DNA from: a bacterium
Lineage (GTDB): Bacteria; Zhuqueibacterota; Zhuqueibacteria; Residuimicrobiales; Krinioviventaceae
Assembly: GCA_963674595.2 (NCBI GenBank)
Contig: CAXXFV010000008.1
Location: 192,001-256,000 of the forward strand
Length of the DNA stretch: 64,000 nt
Reading direction: 5' to 3'
Of the stretch, positions 20,000 to 30,421 are shown piece after piece. Made by a program: the position numbers and the translations under genes. A model generated the notes under the pieces. The model was not told the DNA's origin and did no database searches. It worked only from the letters and a program-made list of their open reading frames with translations. The first letter of the stretch is position 1; every line of letters starts with the position of its first letter.

Positions 20000-21100
20000 C
20001 TATCGATCAACACGGGCTCCGCCGCCGCCCATGATTTTTTCTACTTCTTTAACAGTTGCCATGGATGTGTCTCCCGGCGTTGTCATGGCCAGCGCACCGT
20101 GTGCCGCACCATAGTTAACGGCCCGTTCCGGATCACCGGTTGTCATGAATCCGTAAATTAAACCGGATGCAAAACTATCTCCGCCGCCGACGCGGTCGTA
20201 AATTTCCAGTGCCGGTCTATGAATCGCTTCATAAAATTTTCCGTCAGCCCAGCAAATAGCACCCCAGTCATTGACGGTTGCTGTTTTTACACCGCGAAGG
20301 GTGGTTGCTGTGGCTTTAAAATTTGGATAGGATTTTACGGCTTTTTCAATCATTTTTTGAAATTTACCGACATCAAGTGATGAAAGGTTTTCATCAACAC
20401 CTTCGACCTCGAATCCCAAACATGCTGTAAAATCTTCTTCATTGCCGATCATTACATCAACATATTGCGCCAGACGTTTATTAACTTCCTGGGCTTTTTC
20501 CTGTCCGCCGATTGATTTCCATAAGGATGGACGGTAGTTTAGATCATAGGAAATAATGGTGCCGTGTTTTTTAGCTGCTGCCATGGCTTCTTCAATAACA
20601 CCGGTTGTTGTTTCGGATAATGCGGCATATATTCCACCGGTATGGAACCAGCGAACGCCCAGTTCACCGAAAATATATTCCCAATCAATATCGCCTTTTT
20701 TAAGCTGGGATGCTGCCGTATTACCACGGTCGGAAACGCCCAATGCACCGCGAATGCCAAAACCTTTTTCCGTAAAATTGAAACCGTTTCTAACGGTTCT
20801 GCCGATACCATCATAGGGCATCCATTTAATCAGGGAAACATCAACACCGCCCTGTAAAATAAAATCTTCAACAAGGCGACCAATATCATTATCGGCAAAA
20901 GCGGTTACAACGGCGGCTCGCATACCAAAACACTTGCGTAATCCACGTGCAACATTATATTCACCACCGCCTTCCCAAACACGGAACTGGCGGGTTGTAC
21001 GGATTCTGCCGTCACCGGGATCAAAACGAAGCATGATTTCTCCCAGGGATAGGATATCATATTTGCATGTTTCGGCAGGTTTTATATTTAAAACTGACAT
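20000..21100 (-). CDS. kdgK: 2-keto-3-deoxygluconate kinase (PfkB family)
   Basis: LGEIMLR, GGGEYNVA, SYDLNYRPSLW, GNEED and DRVGGGDSF; adjacent to eda. Confidence 0.92.
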   Translation of the reverse strand: MSVLNIKPAETCKYDILSLGEIMLRFDPGDGRIRTTRQFRVWEGGGEYNVARGLRKCFGMRAAVVTAFADNDIGRLVEDFILQGGVDVSLIKWMPYDGIGRTVRNGFNFTEKGFGIRGALGVSDRGNTAASQLKKGDIDWEYIFGELGVRWFHTGGIYAALSETTTGVIEEAMAAAKKHGTIISYDLNYRPSLWKSIGGQEKAQEVNKRLAQYVDVMIGNEEDFTACLGFEVEGVDENLSSLDVGKFQKMIEKAVKSYPNFKATATTLRGVKTATVNDWGAICWADGKFYEAIHRPALEIYDRVGGGDSFASGLIYGFMTTGDPERAVNYGAAHGALAMTTPGDTSMATVKEVEKIMGGGGARVDR

Positions 21101-21120
21101 CTTCTTTGCTCCTGTTATTC

Positions 21121-21750
21121 TTAAATTTGTTTACTCAATTCTACTGCTTGTTTTGTCAAATCTTTAATTTCATCAAATTTTCCTTCGGAAATCAAATCGG
21201 ATTTTACCATCCAGCTTCCGCCGCAGGCCAGGACTTTGGGGAATCTTAGATAATCGAGCAGGTTTGCTGCTGAAATACCGCCTGTTGGAATGAATTTTAT
21301 CATTCCATAGGGTGCGCTCATTGCTTTTAATGTTTCAAGTCCGCCAAATGCTTCGGCCGGAAAAAATTTAACGACCTGCAAATCAAAATCAAGCGCCATT
21401 TCTATGTCTGTCGGATTGCTTATACCCGGTGTAATCGGAATATTATTTTCAACACAATATTGGACAACATTGGGATTAAAACCGGGCGAAACGATAAATT
21501 GGGCGCCGGCTTCCACGGCTTGTTTTGCCTGGTCTATTTTTAATACGGTTCCGGCACCAACCAAAACGTCGCCACGTTTGGCTGTGGTTTTTATGGCCTG
21601 ATATGCAGCAGATGTACGGAAGGTGATTTCGGCACAGGGGAGGCCGCCTTCTACCAGCGCTTCGGCCAGAGGAGCGGCGTCTTTTGCATCATTTATGGCA
21701 ACGACCGGAATAATTCGAAGGTTGTTAAGCTGTTGCAAAACAGAATTCAT
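21121..21750 (-). CDS. eda: KDPG/KHG aldolase
   Basis: EITFRT, GAGTV, FIVSPG, VKFFPA, PTGGI and GGSW motifs. Confidence 0.95.
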   Translation of the reverse strand: MNSVLQQLNNLRIIPVVAINDAKDAAPLAEALVEGGLPCAEITFRTSAAYQAIKTTAKRGDVLVGAGTVLKIDQAKQAVEAGAQFIVSPGFNPNVVQYCVENNIPITPGISNPTDIEMALDFDLQVVKFFPAEAFGGLETLKAMSAPYGMIKFIPTGGISAANLLDYLRFPKVLACGGSWMVKSDLISEGKFDEIKDLTKQAVELSKQI

Positions 21751-21865
21751 GAAAATTCTCCTTTATATGGTAAATTATAATTCAATCAGGTTTTGTGTAT
21801 CGGTGTAAATCCTGATGATCAAATGTAGAATAGTTTGGGAAATAAACAAATAATTTTTTTTACAA

Positions 21866-21903
21866 GAAAAGGCACATCTATTTCCAAAATGATGTGCCTT
21901 TTC
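21866..21903 (-). terminator. Terminator closing the 21.9-34.5 kb operon
   Basis: Perfect 13-bp inverted repeat GAAAAGGCACATC/GATGTGCCTTTTC just downstream of the Ldh_2 stop. Confidence 0.85.
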
Positions 21904-21929
21904 GTTTTGATTTTTATTTTAAGCTGGTA

Positions 21930-23018
21930 TTACATATCAAAAACAACGTTTCGTGCTGTACCAATTTCTTTTAATGTATCATAAACTTTTTCCTGCAGAG
22001 GTACACCATTTTGAAGATGTTGTTCGTATTTTTCATACTCTTTTTCACCGTGAATATAAATACGCTCTTTACCTTCTGCTTTTGAAGAATTTTTCAGTCT
22101 GTTGATCAGGTCATCCATTTTGTCTTTAAAAATATTGATGTCAACAAAGTTTTCAATTTTTAAAGCCATGAAAAAGTGGCTGACATTTGCCGGGGCCGGT
22201 TTGCCGTCTACTTTGCTGTTGACGATATTGGCATAAGCGCCTCCGGACAATACTCCACAAAGAATATCTACAAGAACAGCCATTCCATAACCCTTGTAAC
22301 CGCTGAACAATTCACCTTCACCGCCAAGTGTCAGAATACCACCGCCTGCGCGTGATAGCATGTTTTGCAAAACTTCGCTGGCGCTTGTGGTTACCTTGCC
22401 TTCGGCATTAACGGCCCAACCTTCGGGCATGGCTTTATCTTCACGATTATAAACTTCCAGTTTTCCTCTTGGAACAACCGATGTTGCCATATCCATGAAA
22501 AAGGGTTTGTTGCTGTTTGTCGGCGCTGTTAAACTGATCGGATTTGTGCCGATGATCATCTCTTTTCCAAAGGTTGGTACTACCAACGGGGCAGAGTTGG
22601 TCATGGAAATTCCCAACATGCCTTCTTTCAAGATCATTTCAGCATAGTAACCGGCAATTCCATAATGATTGCTGTTTCTGACTGTTACAACACCAACACC
22701 TGTATTTTTTGCTTTTTCAATTGCTTTGAGCGTGGAAAAATGAGCAACAACCTGTCCCAGACCGGCATTGCCGTCTACCGTAGCTGTTGAAGGTGAATCC
22801 ATCACGATAGTCGGTTTTTTGTCAGGGAAAATAACTCCCGTATCCATTCCATCAACGTAGCGTTTCAGTCTTGCAACACCATGAGAAGGAATGCCGCGCA
22901 TATCGGCTGCCAGCAGATTGTCAGCACAAATGTGAGCATCTTTATCTTCAAGTCCATAACTTTTAAAGACTTTTTCCGTAAAGGAAAGTAATTTTTGATG
23001 GTTTACAATAATAGCCAT
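21930..23018 (-). CDS. Ldh_2 family (type 2 malate/L-lactate/2-hydroxyacid) dehydrogenase
   Basis: ADMRGIPSHG, RNSNHYG, GTNPIS, DMATS and YKGYG motifs. Confidence 0.92.
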   Translation of the reverse strand: MAIIVNHQKLLSFTEKVFKSYGLEDKDAHICADNLLAADMRGIPSHGVARLKRYVDGMDTGVIFPDKKPTIVMDSPSTATVDGNAGLGQVVAHFSTLKAIEKAKNTGVGVVTVRNSNHYGIAGYYAEMILKEGMLGISMTNSAPLVVPTFGKEMIIGTNPISLTAPTNSNKPFFMDMATSVVPRGKLEVYNREDKAMPEGWAVNAEGKVTTSASEVLQNMLSRAGGGILTLGGEGELFSGYKGYGMAVLVDILCGVLSGGAYANIVNSKVDGKPAPANVSHFFMALKIENFVDINIFKDKMDDLINRLKNSSKAEGKERIYIHGEKEYEKYEQHLQNGVPLQEKVYDTLKEIGTARNVVFDM

Positions 23019-23028
23019 TTTATCCTCA

Positions 23029-25746
23029 TTATTTTGTTTTCAAGAGGTCCCGCAAAACCGTTTGCAGAATGCCTCCATTTCTGTAATATTGAATTTCAAT
23101 TGGTGTGTCGATTCGTGCGATAACAGAAAATGTTTGTGCTTTACCTGTTTCTGTTTGATATGTAACAGTAAGTTCCTGTCCTGGTTCAACATTATCCTGT
23201 ATATCAATTGTAAAAATTTCCTTTCCCGTCAATCCAAGAGACTGTGCTGATTGCCCTGGTTTGAACTGAAGGGGAAGGACGCCCATTCCGATAAGATTGG
23301 AGCGGTGAATACGTTCAAAACTTTCAGCTATAACAGCGTTTACACCTAAAAGGTTTGTACCTTTTGCCGCCCAGTCCCGTGAACTGCCGGTGCCATACTC
23401 TTTTCCTGCAAGAACAATCAACGGTGTTTTGTCGGCCTGGTATTTTTGAGCGGCATCATAAATCCACATTTGTTTGTTTTCCGGTAGAAAAGTAGTTACA
23501 CCGCCTTCGGTTCCCGGAGCAAGCAGGTTTTTCAAACGAATGTTGCCGAATGTTCCGCGCACCATTATCTGGTCATTTCCACGCCGTGAGCCAAAGGTGT
23601 TAAAATCTTTTTCTGCAATACCTTTTGATCTCAGGTAGGTTGCGGCCGGACTTTCAAGTGGAATAGCGCCGGCAGGAGAAATGTGATCGGTTGTTACTGA
23701 ATCACCCAACAGGGCCAAAACCCGTGCGTTTTCAATCGGCTGAATGGGGTCTGTTTCCATTTTTAAATCCGTAAAAAATGGGGGTTCCTGAATATAGGTA
23801 GAGTCTTCTTTCCAGTCGTACATGTCGCTTTCCACAACAGGAATTTTGTTCCATTCAGGATTAAAAGAGTTGACGTCCTGATACATCTTTTTATAGGTTT
23901 CCGGATCAGAAGCTGTTGACAAGAGTTGTTTAATTTCTTTCTGACTTGGCCAAATGTCGTTTAAAAATATTTTTTGACCGTCTTTGTTTACACCCAAAGG
24001 TTCGCTTTCCAAATTGATGTCGATTCTGCCTGCCAGGGCATAGGCAACAACGAGCTGGGGCGAGGCCAGGTAATTTGCCTTGGTCAATGGATTAACGCGT
24101 CCTTCAAAGTTTCGGTTTCCGCTGAGGATGGAAGCGGCGATAATATTACTTTCCTTAATGGCTTGGGAAACCGGTTCCGGAAGAGGACCGCTGTTTCCTA
24201 TACATGTGGCACATCCGTAGCCGACAGTATGAAATCCAAGCTGGTCGAGATAGTCTGAAAGACCTGATTTGTTTAAATATTCGGTAACAACACGCGAACC
24301 CGGGGCCAAACTTGTTTTAACAAATGCCGGTACTTTAAGCCCTTTTTCAACAGCTTTTTTTGCCAAAAGTCCTGCACCAATCAATACGGAGGGATTGCTT
24401 GTATTGGTACAACTGGTTATGGAAGCAATGACAAGTGAACCATTGTGCATCTCATTGGTTTCGTCATTCATGGTAACCGTTACGGTTTTGTCCAATTCGG
24501 AACCACTTAATTCAAAACCCCGTTGGGCTGCTGGTTCTGTTAGTGCTTTTTCAAACGTTTGTTTCATGTCCGGTAGCAGAATACGGTCCTGAGGACGTTT
24601 GGGACCTGCCAGGCTTGGCACCACGGTTGACATGTCCAGTTCAAGCGTATCGGTAAATTCCGGTTCTTGTGAATCATCGGTTCGGAACAAACCCTGTTCT
24701 TTGGTGTATTGTTCTACCAGTTGAACGGATTCGTTACTGCGTCCGGTTTGCCGCAGATAATTGAGAGATTCGCCATCGATCGGGAAAAATCCCATGGTCG
24801 CGCCGTATTCCGGTGACATGTTTGAAAGGGTGGCACGGTCCGGAAGGGTCAATTGACTGAGACCCGGACCGTAAAATTCAACAAATTTTCCGACAACGCC
24901 TTTTTGGCGAAGCATTTGTGTTACCGTTAGAACCAAATCGGTTGCTGTAGCGCCTTCGGGTAATTCGCCGGTCAGTCTAAATCCGATGACCTGCGGCATA
25001 AGCATATAAATCGGCTGACCCAGCATAACCGCTTCTGCTTCAATACCACCAACTCCCCAGCCTACAATACCCAAACCATTGATCATGGTTGTGTGAGAAT
25101 CTGTACCAACCAGACTGTCCGGATAGGCGATTGTGCTGCCGTTTTGTTCTGATAGAAAAACACCGCGTGCAAAATATTCCAGGTTAACCTGGTGAATGAT
25201 TCCCACTCCCGGCGGAATGACAGAGAATTTTTTAAATGCGTTTTGTCCCCATTTAAGAAATTCGTACCGTTCCCGGTTGCGGTAAAATTCAAATTCCATA
25301 TTGCGAAAGACGGCATCGTGCTGACCATAAACATCGATTTGTACGGAATGGTCAATAACCAGGTCTGAAGGAATGAGTGGTTCAATTTTTTTCGGATCTC
25401 CACCAAGTCTTTTCATTGCCGAGCGCATAGCTGCCAAATCGACCAGGGCCGGTACACCGGTAAAATCCTGCAACAGTACACGTGCCGGATGAAAAGGGAT
25501 TTCCACTGCTTTTTTTGCTGAGGGACTCCAGTTGGCTATATTATGTACATCTTTTTCCGTCACATCAAAGCCGTTACAGTTTCTGAGTACCGATTCCAGC
25601 AATACTTTGATGCTGAAAGGGAGCTTTGAGAGACTGGGAATTATATTATCTTTTTCCAGTTTTTCCAATTTATAATAATTTACTTTCCCTGAACTTGTAT
25701 TCATAGTTGACAAAGCGCCAAAGGGATTTGTCTCACGTTTTGACAT
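23029..25746 (-). CDS. acnA: Aconitate hydratase A
   Basis: [46 protein letters not shown] and [10 protein letters not shown]; 905 aa. Confidence 0.97.
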   Translation of the reverse strand: MSKRETNPFGALSTMNTSSGKVNYYKLEKLEKDNIIPSLSKLPFSIKVLLESVLRNCNGFDVTEKDVHNIANWSPSAKKAVEIPFHPARVLLQDFTGVPALVDLAAMRSAMKRLGGDPKKIEPLIPSDLVIDHSVQIDVYGQHDAVFRNMEFEFYRNRERYEFLKWGQNAFKKFSVIPPGVGIIHQVNLEYFARGVFLSEQNGSTIAYPDSLVGTDSHTTMINGLGIVGWGVGGIEAEAVMLGQPIYMLMPQVIGFRLTGELPEGATATDLVLTVTQMLRQKGVVGKFVEFYGPGLSQLTLPDRATLSNMSPEYGATMGFFPIDGESLNYLRQTGRSNESVQLVEQYTKEQGLFRTDDSQEPEFTDTLELDMSTVVPSLAGPKRPQDRILLPDMKQTFEKALTEPAAQRGFELSGSELDKTVTVTMNDETNEMHNGSLVIASITSCTNTSNPSVLIGAGLLAKKAVEKGLKVPAFVKTSLAPGSRVVTEYLNKSGLSDYLDQLGFHTVGYGCATCIGNSGPLPEPVSQAIKESNIIAASILSGNRNFEGRVNPLTKANYLASPQLVVAYALAGRIDINLESEPLGVNKDGQKIFLNDIWPSQKEIKQLLSTASDPETYKKMYQDVNSFNPEWNKIPVVESDMYDWKEDSTYIQEPPFFTDLKMETDPIQPIENARVLALLGDSVTTDHISPAGAIPLESPAATYLRSKGIAEKDFNTFGSRRGNDQIMVRGTFGNIRLKNLLAPGTEGGVTTFLPENKQMWIYDAAQKYQADKTPLIVLAGKEYGTGSSRDWAAKGTNLLGVNAVIAESFERIHRSNLIGMGVLPLQFKPGQSAQSLGLTGKEIFTIDIQDNVEPGQELTVTYQTETGKAQTFSVIARIDTPIEIQYYRNGGILQTVLRDLLKTK

Positions 25747-25781
25747 TTTCTTTCCTCTTGTGATTGAATGAGAGAATTGTG

Positions 25782-26462
25782 TTATTTTTCTTCTAAAATA
25801 TAAACGATCAATCTGCGTGGACCGTGCGCGCCCAGAATGAGTATTTTTTCAATGTCTGCGGTTCGGCTTGGTCCGGTAACAAGTACCATGTTTTTTGCTT
25901 TTTCTTTAGGAATCTTTTCAAAAAGCTCAAACAGGTTTGCTGTTATTTGGTCCGGTGTCAGCACAGCAAAAATAAAATCCGGTAAAAAATGGGGTAAAGA
26001 GCTTGGTGTGTCGTCAAAAATAACAGCTAATGAACTGATATCCGCAACAGCATAGGAAACATCAACAAGTCCCGCAGGAGTTTTTGCAATAGTTTGAATT
26101 TTTTCAGAATCTAATTTTGATGCATCTTTTATTTCAATATCAGATGTTTGGGCTTTTATCATCTGTGCAATTTCATTGGGCAGTTGTGAACCCGGAACGG
26201 CAATAGATGTGAAATTATTCTCTTTTAAAACAGAGTTAATCTGTTCAGTAATTTCATTTTTAGAATGACACACCATACATTCACCGGAAACGGTTTCGAG
26301 TTCTTTTTTAAACTGGTCCCGTAATTCCTGGTAATTAGCCGGTGTTATGTCGTGCAAAGCTAAAGCTATGTTTTGTTCTATACCGTCCGGTGTGTCCGGT
26401 AAATCGGATGGTGTTTTATGTGCCTTGCGTATTTGTTCTAAAATTGTCGTACGACTGTTCAT
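25782..26462 (-). CDS. lutC: LutC/LUD-domain lactate-utilization protein
   Basis: [11 protein letters not shown]...GAHGP motif; follows lutB. Confidence 0.88.
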   Translation of the reverse strand: MNSRTTILEQIRKAHKTPSDLPDTPDGIEQNIALALHDITPANYQELRDQFKKELETVSGECMVCHSKNEITEQINSVLKENNFTSIAVPGSQLPNEIAQMIKAQTSDIEIKDASKLDSEKIQTIAKTPAGLVDVSYAVADISSLAVIFDDTPSSLPHFLPDFIFAVLTPDQITANLFELFEKIPKEKAKNMVLVTGPSRTADIEKILILGAHGPRRLIVYILEEK

Positions 26463-26492
26463 TGCCGCTCCACAAATTATAAGAATAATTTA

Positions 26493-27896
26493 CTATTTTT
26501 TTATTTGTTTTTCCCACGCTTTAAAACGGTTGCGAAATCCTTTCGAATCAAACCGTCCCAAAGCACGTTCTTTTGTATACCCCGGTGCCGGAAATGATGT
26601 GCCTTTTGGCAGCAGCTTTTGAAACTTTCCGGGAAACCAGGTGGCAAATCGGTATAATTTTGGATGATTTGCCAGAAAAGCAAAACCGGCCATGCCTGCT
26701 TTTTCAACCTTCATTGATTGTCCAGCTTCGACGACCGTATTCCTCAGTTTCAACAAATGTTTTGGAATATTAATACGAACCGGGCATATTTCATAACAGG
26801 CGCCGCATAAACTGGAAACAAATGGAGCATATTTCCCTTCCACTGTTCCCAAATATTGCGGAATAAGTGTAATACCGATCGGGCCCATATAAACCCAGCC
26901 ATAAGCATGCCCGCCGATTTGTTGATATATCGGACATGTGTTAAGACAGGCACCGCAACGAATGCAAAAAAGCGTTTCACGAAGCTGCGGATTAGCCAAT
27001 ATTTTTGACCGACCATTGTCCAGCAGAACAATGTGTACCTGTTCCGGTCCTTCCTTATATTTCTCCGCTCCGTTACCGCCGATGAAATCAACATAAACCG
27101 ATGCTTTTTGTCCCGTTGCACTGGGGCCCAGTAATTTTAAAAAATAGGCCAAATCGTTCATGGTCGGCAAAACTTTTTCAATTCCCATCACGGCAACATG
27201 CAGTTTTGGCAAACCGACTGTTAACCGGGCGTTTGCTTCGTTTTCCACAATGCAAAAGGAACCTGTTTCAGCAATACCAAAATTAACACCCGAAATGCCC
27301 ATTTCTGCTGTCAGGAATTTTTCCCTAAGCCTTTCACGGGCAATTGTCAGTAACTCTGTCGGTTCTTCGGTATATTCGACGCCCAGCTTTTCCTGAAACA
27401 GTTTGGCGATATCCTGCCGGGTAAGGTGCAGGGCCGGTGCCGTTAAATGTGATGGAATCTGGTCCATGAGCTGAACGATGTATTCGCCCAAATCGGTTTC
27501 CAGGGTTTCCAGGCCATTATCAATGAGAAAATGGTTTAAACCAATTTCTTCAGTTGTTAAAGATTTGGATTTTACAACCGTTTTGACATTGTTTTCCTGA
27601 GCCAGATTGGCGATAATGTTTCTGGCTTCCTCTGCGTCTTTGGCCCAATGCACTGTAATCCCGTTTTTTTGACAATTTTGTTCAAATTCTTCGAGATACG
27701 TGTCCAGGTTTTCAATAACCTGTCTTTTTATAGAATGGGCCTTGTATCGTAATTCTTCCCAGTAGGGAATTTGGTCTTTTTTATTTTTACGTTTAACCAG
27801 CGCTGTTTGTGTTGCCTTGTCAACGGCTGCCTTTAAACGCTCATCCAATAAAGCTTTTTTAATATATTTTTTTGTACGTGTTGGTGAAAGCTCCAT
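26493..27896 (-). CDS. lutB: LutB/LldF iron-sulfur subunit
   Basis: VKSKS, ETDLGEYI, PSH, VENEAN, CIRCGACLNTCP and LCGACYEICP motifs. Confidence 0.93.
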   Translation of the reverse strand: MELSPTRTKKYIKKALLDERLKAAVDKATQTALVKRKNKKDQIPYWEELRYKAHSIKRQVIENLDTYLEEFEQNCQKNGITVHWAKDAEEARNIIANLAQENNVKTVVKSKSLTTEEIGLNHFLIDNGLETLETDLGEYIVQLMDQIPSHLTAPALHLTRQDIAKLFQEKLGVEYTEEPTELLTIARERLREKFLTAEMGISGVNFGIAETGSFCIVENEANARLTVGLPKLHVAVMGIEKVLPTMNDLAYFLKLLGPSATGQKASVYVDFIGGNGAEKYKEGPEQVHIVLLDNGRSKILANPQLRETLFCIRCGACLNTCPIYQQIGGHAYGWVYMGPIGITLIPQYLGTVEGKYAPFVSSLCGACYEICPVRINIPKHLLKLRNTVVEAGQSMKVEKAGMAGFAFLANHPKLYRFATWFPGKFQKLLPKGTSFPAPGYTKERALGRFDSKGFRNRFKAWEKQIKK

Positions 27897-27923
27897 GCGA
27901 TTTCCTCATGAATATATTAATGT

Positions 27924-28664
27924 TTATAAATTCAAACTGGCGGCTAAAAGGTCAGCAATATGCATAGCACGTGCTTTAAAATTGTGTTTTTCCAGATAGC
28001 CGTTTATATTCATCAGACAACTTGAATCCGCGCCGACCACATAGTCGGCCCCGCTCTCATTGATATATTTACATTTTCTGGCAACCATTGCCGTAGACAT
28101 TTCTTTGAATTTATAGGAAAAAGTCCCGCCAAATCCACAGCAGGTGTCTGATTTTTCCATTTCAATAAAATTTATGTCTTTAATTTGGCGAATTAGTTTA
28201 CGCGGCTGTTCCCGCACACCCAGTTCCCGCAGATGATGGCATGAATCGTGATAAGTTACACTATGCGGAAAACTGCCGCCCAGGTTTTCGACCTTGGCGA
28301 CATCAACAAGAAACTCTGTAAATTCAAAGATTTTTTTGCTCAACTCATCTCTTGCCTGTTTGAGTTCATCCCGAATATCAAGCTCGTGATAAAAAATCCG
28401 CACCATTGCCGTGCAGGACCCTGACGGAGAAACAATATAGTCTTTATCTTTAAACAGCTCAATAAATCTTTCCGCTAACGGAACAATTTCTTTTCTATAG
28501 CCCGAGTTGAATGCCGGCTGACCGCAACACGTTTGATCATCCACATATTCGATTTCTGCGCCGATATGGTGTAAGATTTTGACCATGGACATGGCAGATT
28601 CGGGGTACAGATGTTCCGATAAACATGGTATAAATAGTGCCACTTTCATTTTAGTTACCACCAT
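27924..28664 (-). CDS. lutA: LutA/LldE CCG-domain Fe-S subunit
   Basis: QTCCGQPAFNSG, SGSC, YHDSCH, CCGFGGTF and DSSC motifs. Confidence 0.93.
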   Translation of the reverse strand: MVVTKMKVALFIPCLSEHLYPESAMSMVKILHHIGAEIEYVDDQTCCGQPAFNSGYRKEIVPLAERFIELFKDKDYIVSPSGSCTAMVRIFYHELDIRDELKQARDELSKKIFEFTEFLVDVAKVENLGGSFPHSVTYHDSCHHLRELGVREQPRKLIRQIKDINFIEMEKSDTCCGFGGTFSYKFKEMSTAMVARKCKYINESGADYVVGADSSCLMNINGYLEKHNFKARAMHIADLLAASLNL

Positions 28665-28676
28665 CGATTCCAGGTT

Positions 28677-29873
28677 TTAGTCTTTCAAGTAATTATTGTA
28701 TTTTTCTTGCAACTGCGGGTCCTGAACTGTTTCCATAATATAATCACAGAATTCACGTCCGGTTGCACCATTATCACGACCCGTTATGGTGATTTTACGC
28801 TCATATTGCTGGCATATCTCTAATGCCATTGTTAATTTATCAGCTTTTTGCTGATAGCCGATATGTTCAAGCAACATGGCTCCTGCTCTGATTAAGCTTG
28901 ACGGATCAGCATATTGACCACGGCCTTCATCAATCATTCTGGGGGCTGAACCATGAATAGCTTCAAACATGGCATATTGTTTTCCAATGTTTGCACTGCC
29001 GGCCGTACCAACACCGCCCTGAAACTCGGCCGCTTCATCGGTCAAAATGTCACCGTAAAGATTCGGCAGTACAAGGACTTTGAATTGTGTACGTCGTTTG
29101 GGATCGACCAATTTGGCCGTCATGATATCTATATACCAGCCTTCCCATTTTACTTCGGGATACTCTTTTCCAATGCGTTCGGCTGTTTCCAGAAACAGAC
29201 CATCTGTAGTTTTAATAACATTGGCTTTTGTTACAACGGTGACGTTATTTTTACCGGTTTTTTTTGCAAAATCAAAAGCCATACGAATAATTCTTTCCGC
29301 GCCCTGTTTGGTAATCACTTTAAAATCAAAGGCAATGTCTTCAGTAACCTGAATGCCCTTGCTGCCCAGAATGTAGGCGCCTTCTGTGTTTTCACGGAAA
29401 AATGTCCAGTCCAGACCCTCTTTGGGTACTTTGACGGGGCGGACGTTGGCAAACAAATCCAGTTCCCGACGCATGGCAACATTTGCGCTTTCAATATTTG
29501 GGTAGGGACCGCCTTTTTCAGGAGTGGTGGTCGGAGCTTTAAGGATAACATGGCAAGCTTTAAGTTCTTCCAGAACATCATCCGGAATGGCTTTCAGGTG
29601 TTTTACACGGTTTTCAATTGTCAAACCTTCAATGGTACGAAATTCTACTTTTTTTTCTTTTAATTCATCTGCCAGCATATATTCCATAACTCTTTGTGTT
29701 TCCTGGGAGATAATCGGGCCTATGCCGTCTCCCCAGCACATACCAATGATCATCGGTTTTAGTGTCGAATAGTCTATCCAGTCTTGAGCTGCTTTCATTC
29801 TTTCAACACGTTCAGCCTGCTCTATCAATATATCTTCAAAATGCTTTTTCGCTTTTTCAATATATTCGCTCAT
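28677..29873 (-). CDS. Isocitrate/isopropylmalate dehydrogenase family enzyme; probably isocitrate dehydrogenase from context
   Basis: GDGIGP, SANVAMRRELDLFANVRP, RENTEGAY, KANVIK, NLYGDILTD and FEAIHGSAP; shares an operon with citrate synthase and aconitase. Confidence 0.85.
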   Translation of the reverse strand: MSEYIEKAKKHFEDILIEQAERVERMKAAQDWIDYSTLKPMIIGMCWGDGIGPIISQETQRVMEYMLADELKEKKVEFRTIEGLTIENRVKHLKAIPDDVLEELKACHVILKAPTTTPEKGGPYPNIESANVAMRRELDLFANVRPVKVPKEGLDWTFFRENTEGAYILGSKGIQVTEDIAFDFKVITKQGAERIIRMAFDFAKKTGKNNVTVVTKANVIKTTDGLFLETAERIGKEYPEVKWEGWYIDIMTAKLVDPKRRTQFKVLVLPNLYGDILTDEAAEFQGGVGTAGSANIGKQYAMFEAIHGSAPRMIDEGRGQYADPSSLIRAGAMLLEHIGYQQKADKLTMALEICQQYERKITITGRDNGATGREFCDYIMETVQDPQLQEKYNNYLKD

Positions 29874-29920
29874 TTTAACTCCTTAGTCTTTTATATAAAT
29901 TAATTTCAGTTTTTATCCGC

Positions 29921-30421
29921 TTAATAGTGATCATCTTTTTTAGAGTCTCTCTTATCATGCCGGTACACATAAAATCGTTCACTGAGATTGTCCAGCTCTT
30001 TTTGTGTATCTATGGTCTTTTTTAAATAAATTTGTGCTACATGGTCTTTTGCATTTGTGAAAAGCTGGTGACACAGTGTAAGCATTTGTATAAGTTCAGA
30101 ATCTACTTTATGGTTGGAAATAATCGTGTTCCACAATTCTTCTTCAAAAATGTTAAAAGCCTGTTGAAGTTCATCAAGCTTGTAACCTTCCCGAGATCGT
30201 TTTATGGATAAATTTTCTACATGTACTAGAAAGTTTTTTAAATTATTGGCTTCAACACCTTCCAAAAGTGCGTTTAAAAAATCTTCTTCGCGTTCCTGGT
30301 GTCGTTCAAAATCTATAATTTCGTAATGCGATTGTGGAAGTTTCTGCAATCTATTACAAATGTTATTAATTAAATCTTCCTGATGAGTTCTAATAACGTT
30401 GATCAGGCTGTTTTTTTGCAT
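29921..30421 (-). CDS. Standalone all-helical RsbRD_N/non-heme-globin-like sensor-type protein
   Basis: Pattern L..KRSREGYKLDELQQAFNIFEEELW resembles RsbR N-terminal-type globin helices. Overlaps the upstream gene by 32 nt. Confidence 0.55.
   Translation of the reverse strand: MQKNSLINVIRTHQEDLINNICNRLQKLPQSHYEIIDFERHQEREEDFLNALLEGVEANNLKNFLVHVENLSIKRSREGYKLDELQQAFNIFEEELWNTIISNHKVDSELIQMLTLCHQLFTNAKDHVAQIYLKKTIDTQKELDNLSERFYVYRHDKRDSKKDDHY

Noticed and set aside
28953-29663. 236-aa plus-strand ORF
   Set aside because: Lies fully antisense to the IDH-like gene with F/N/C-rich shadow composition and no motifs.
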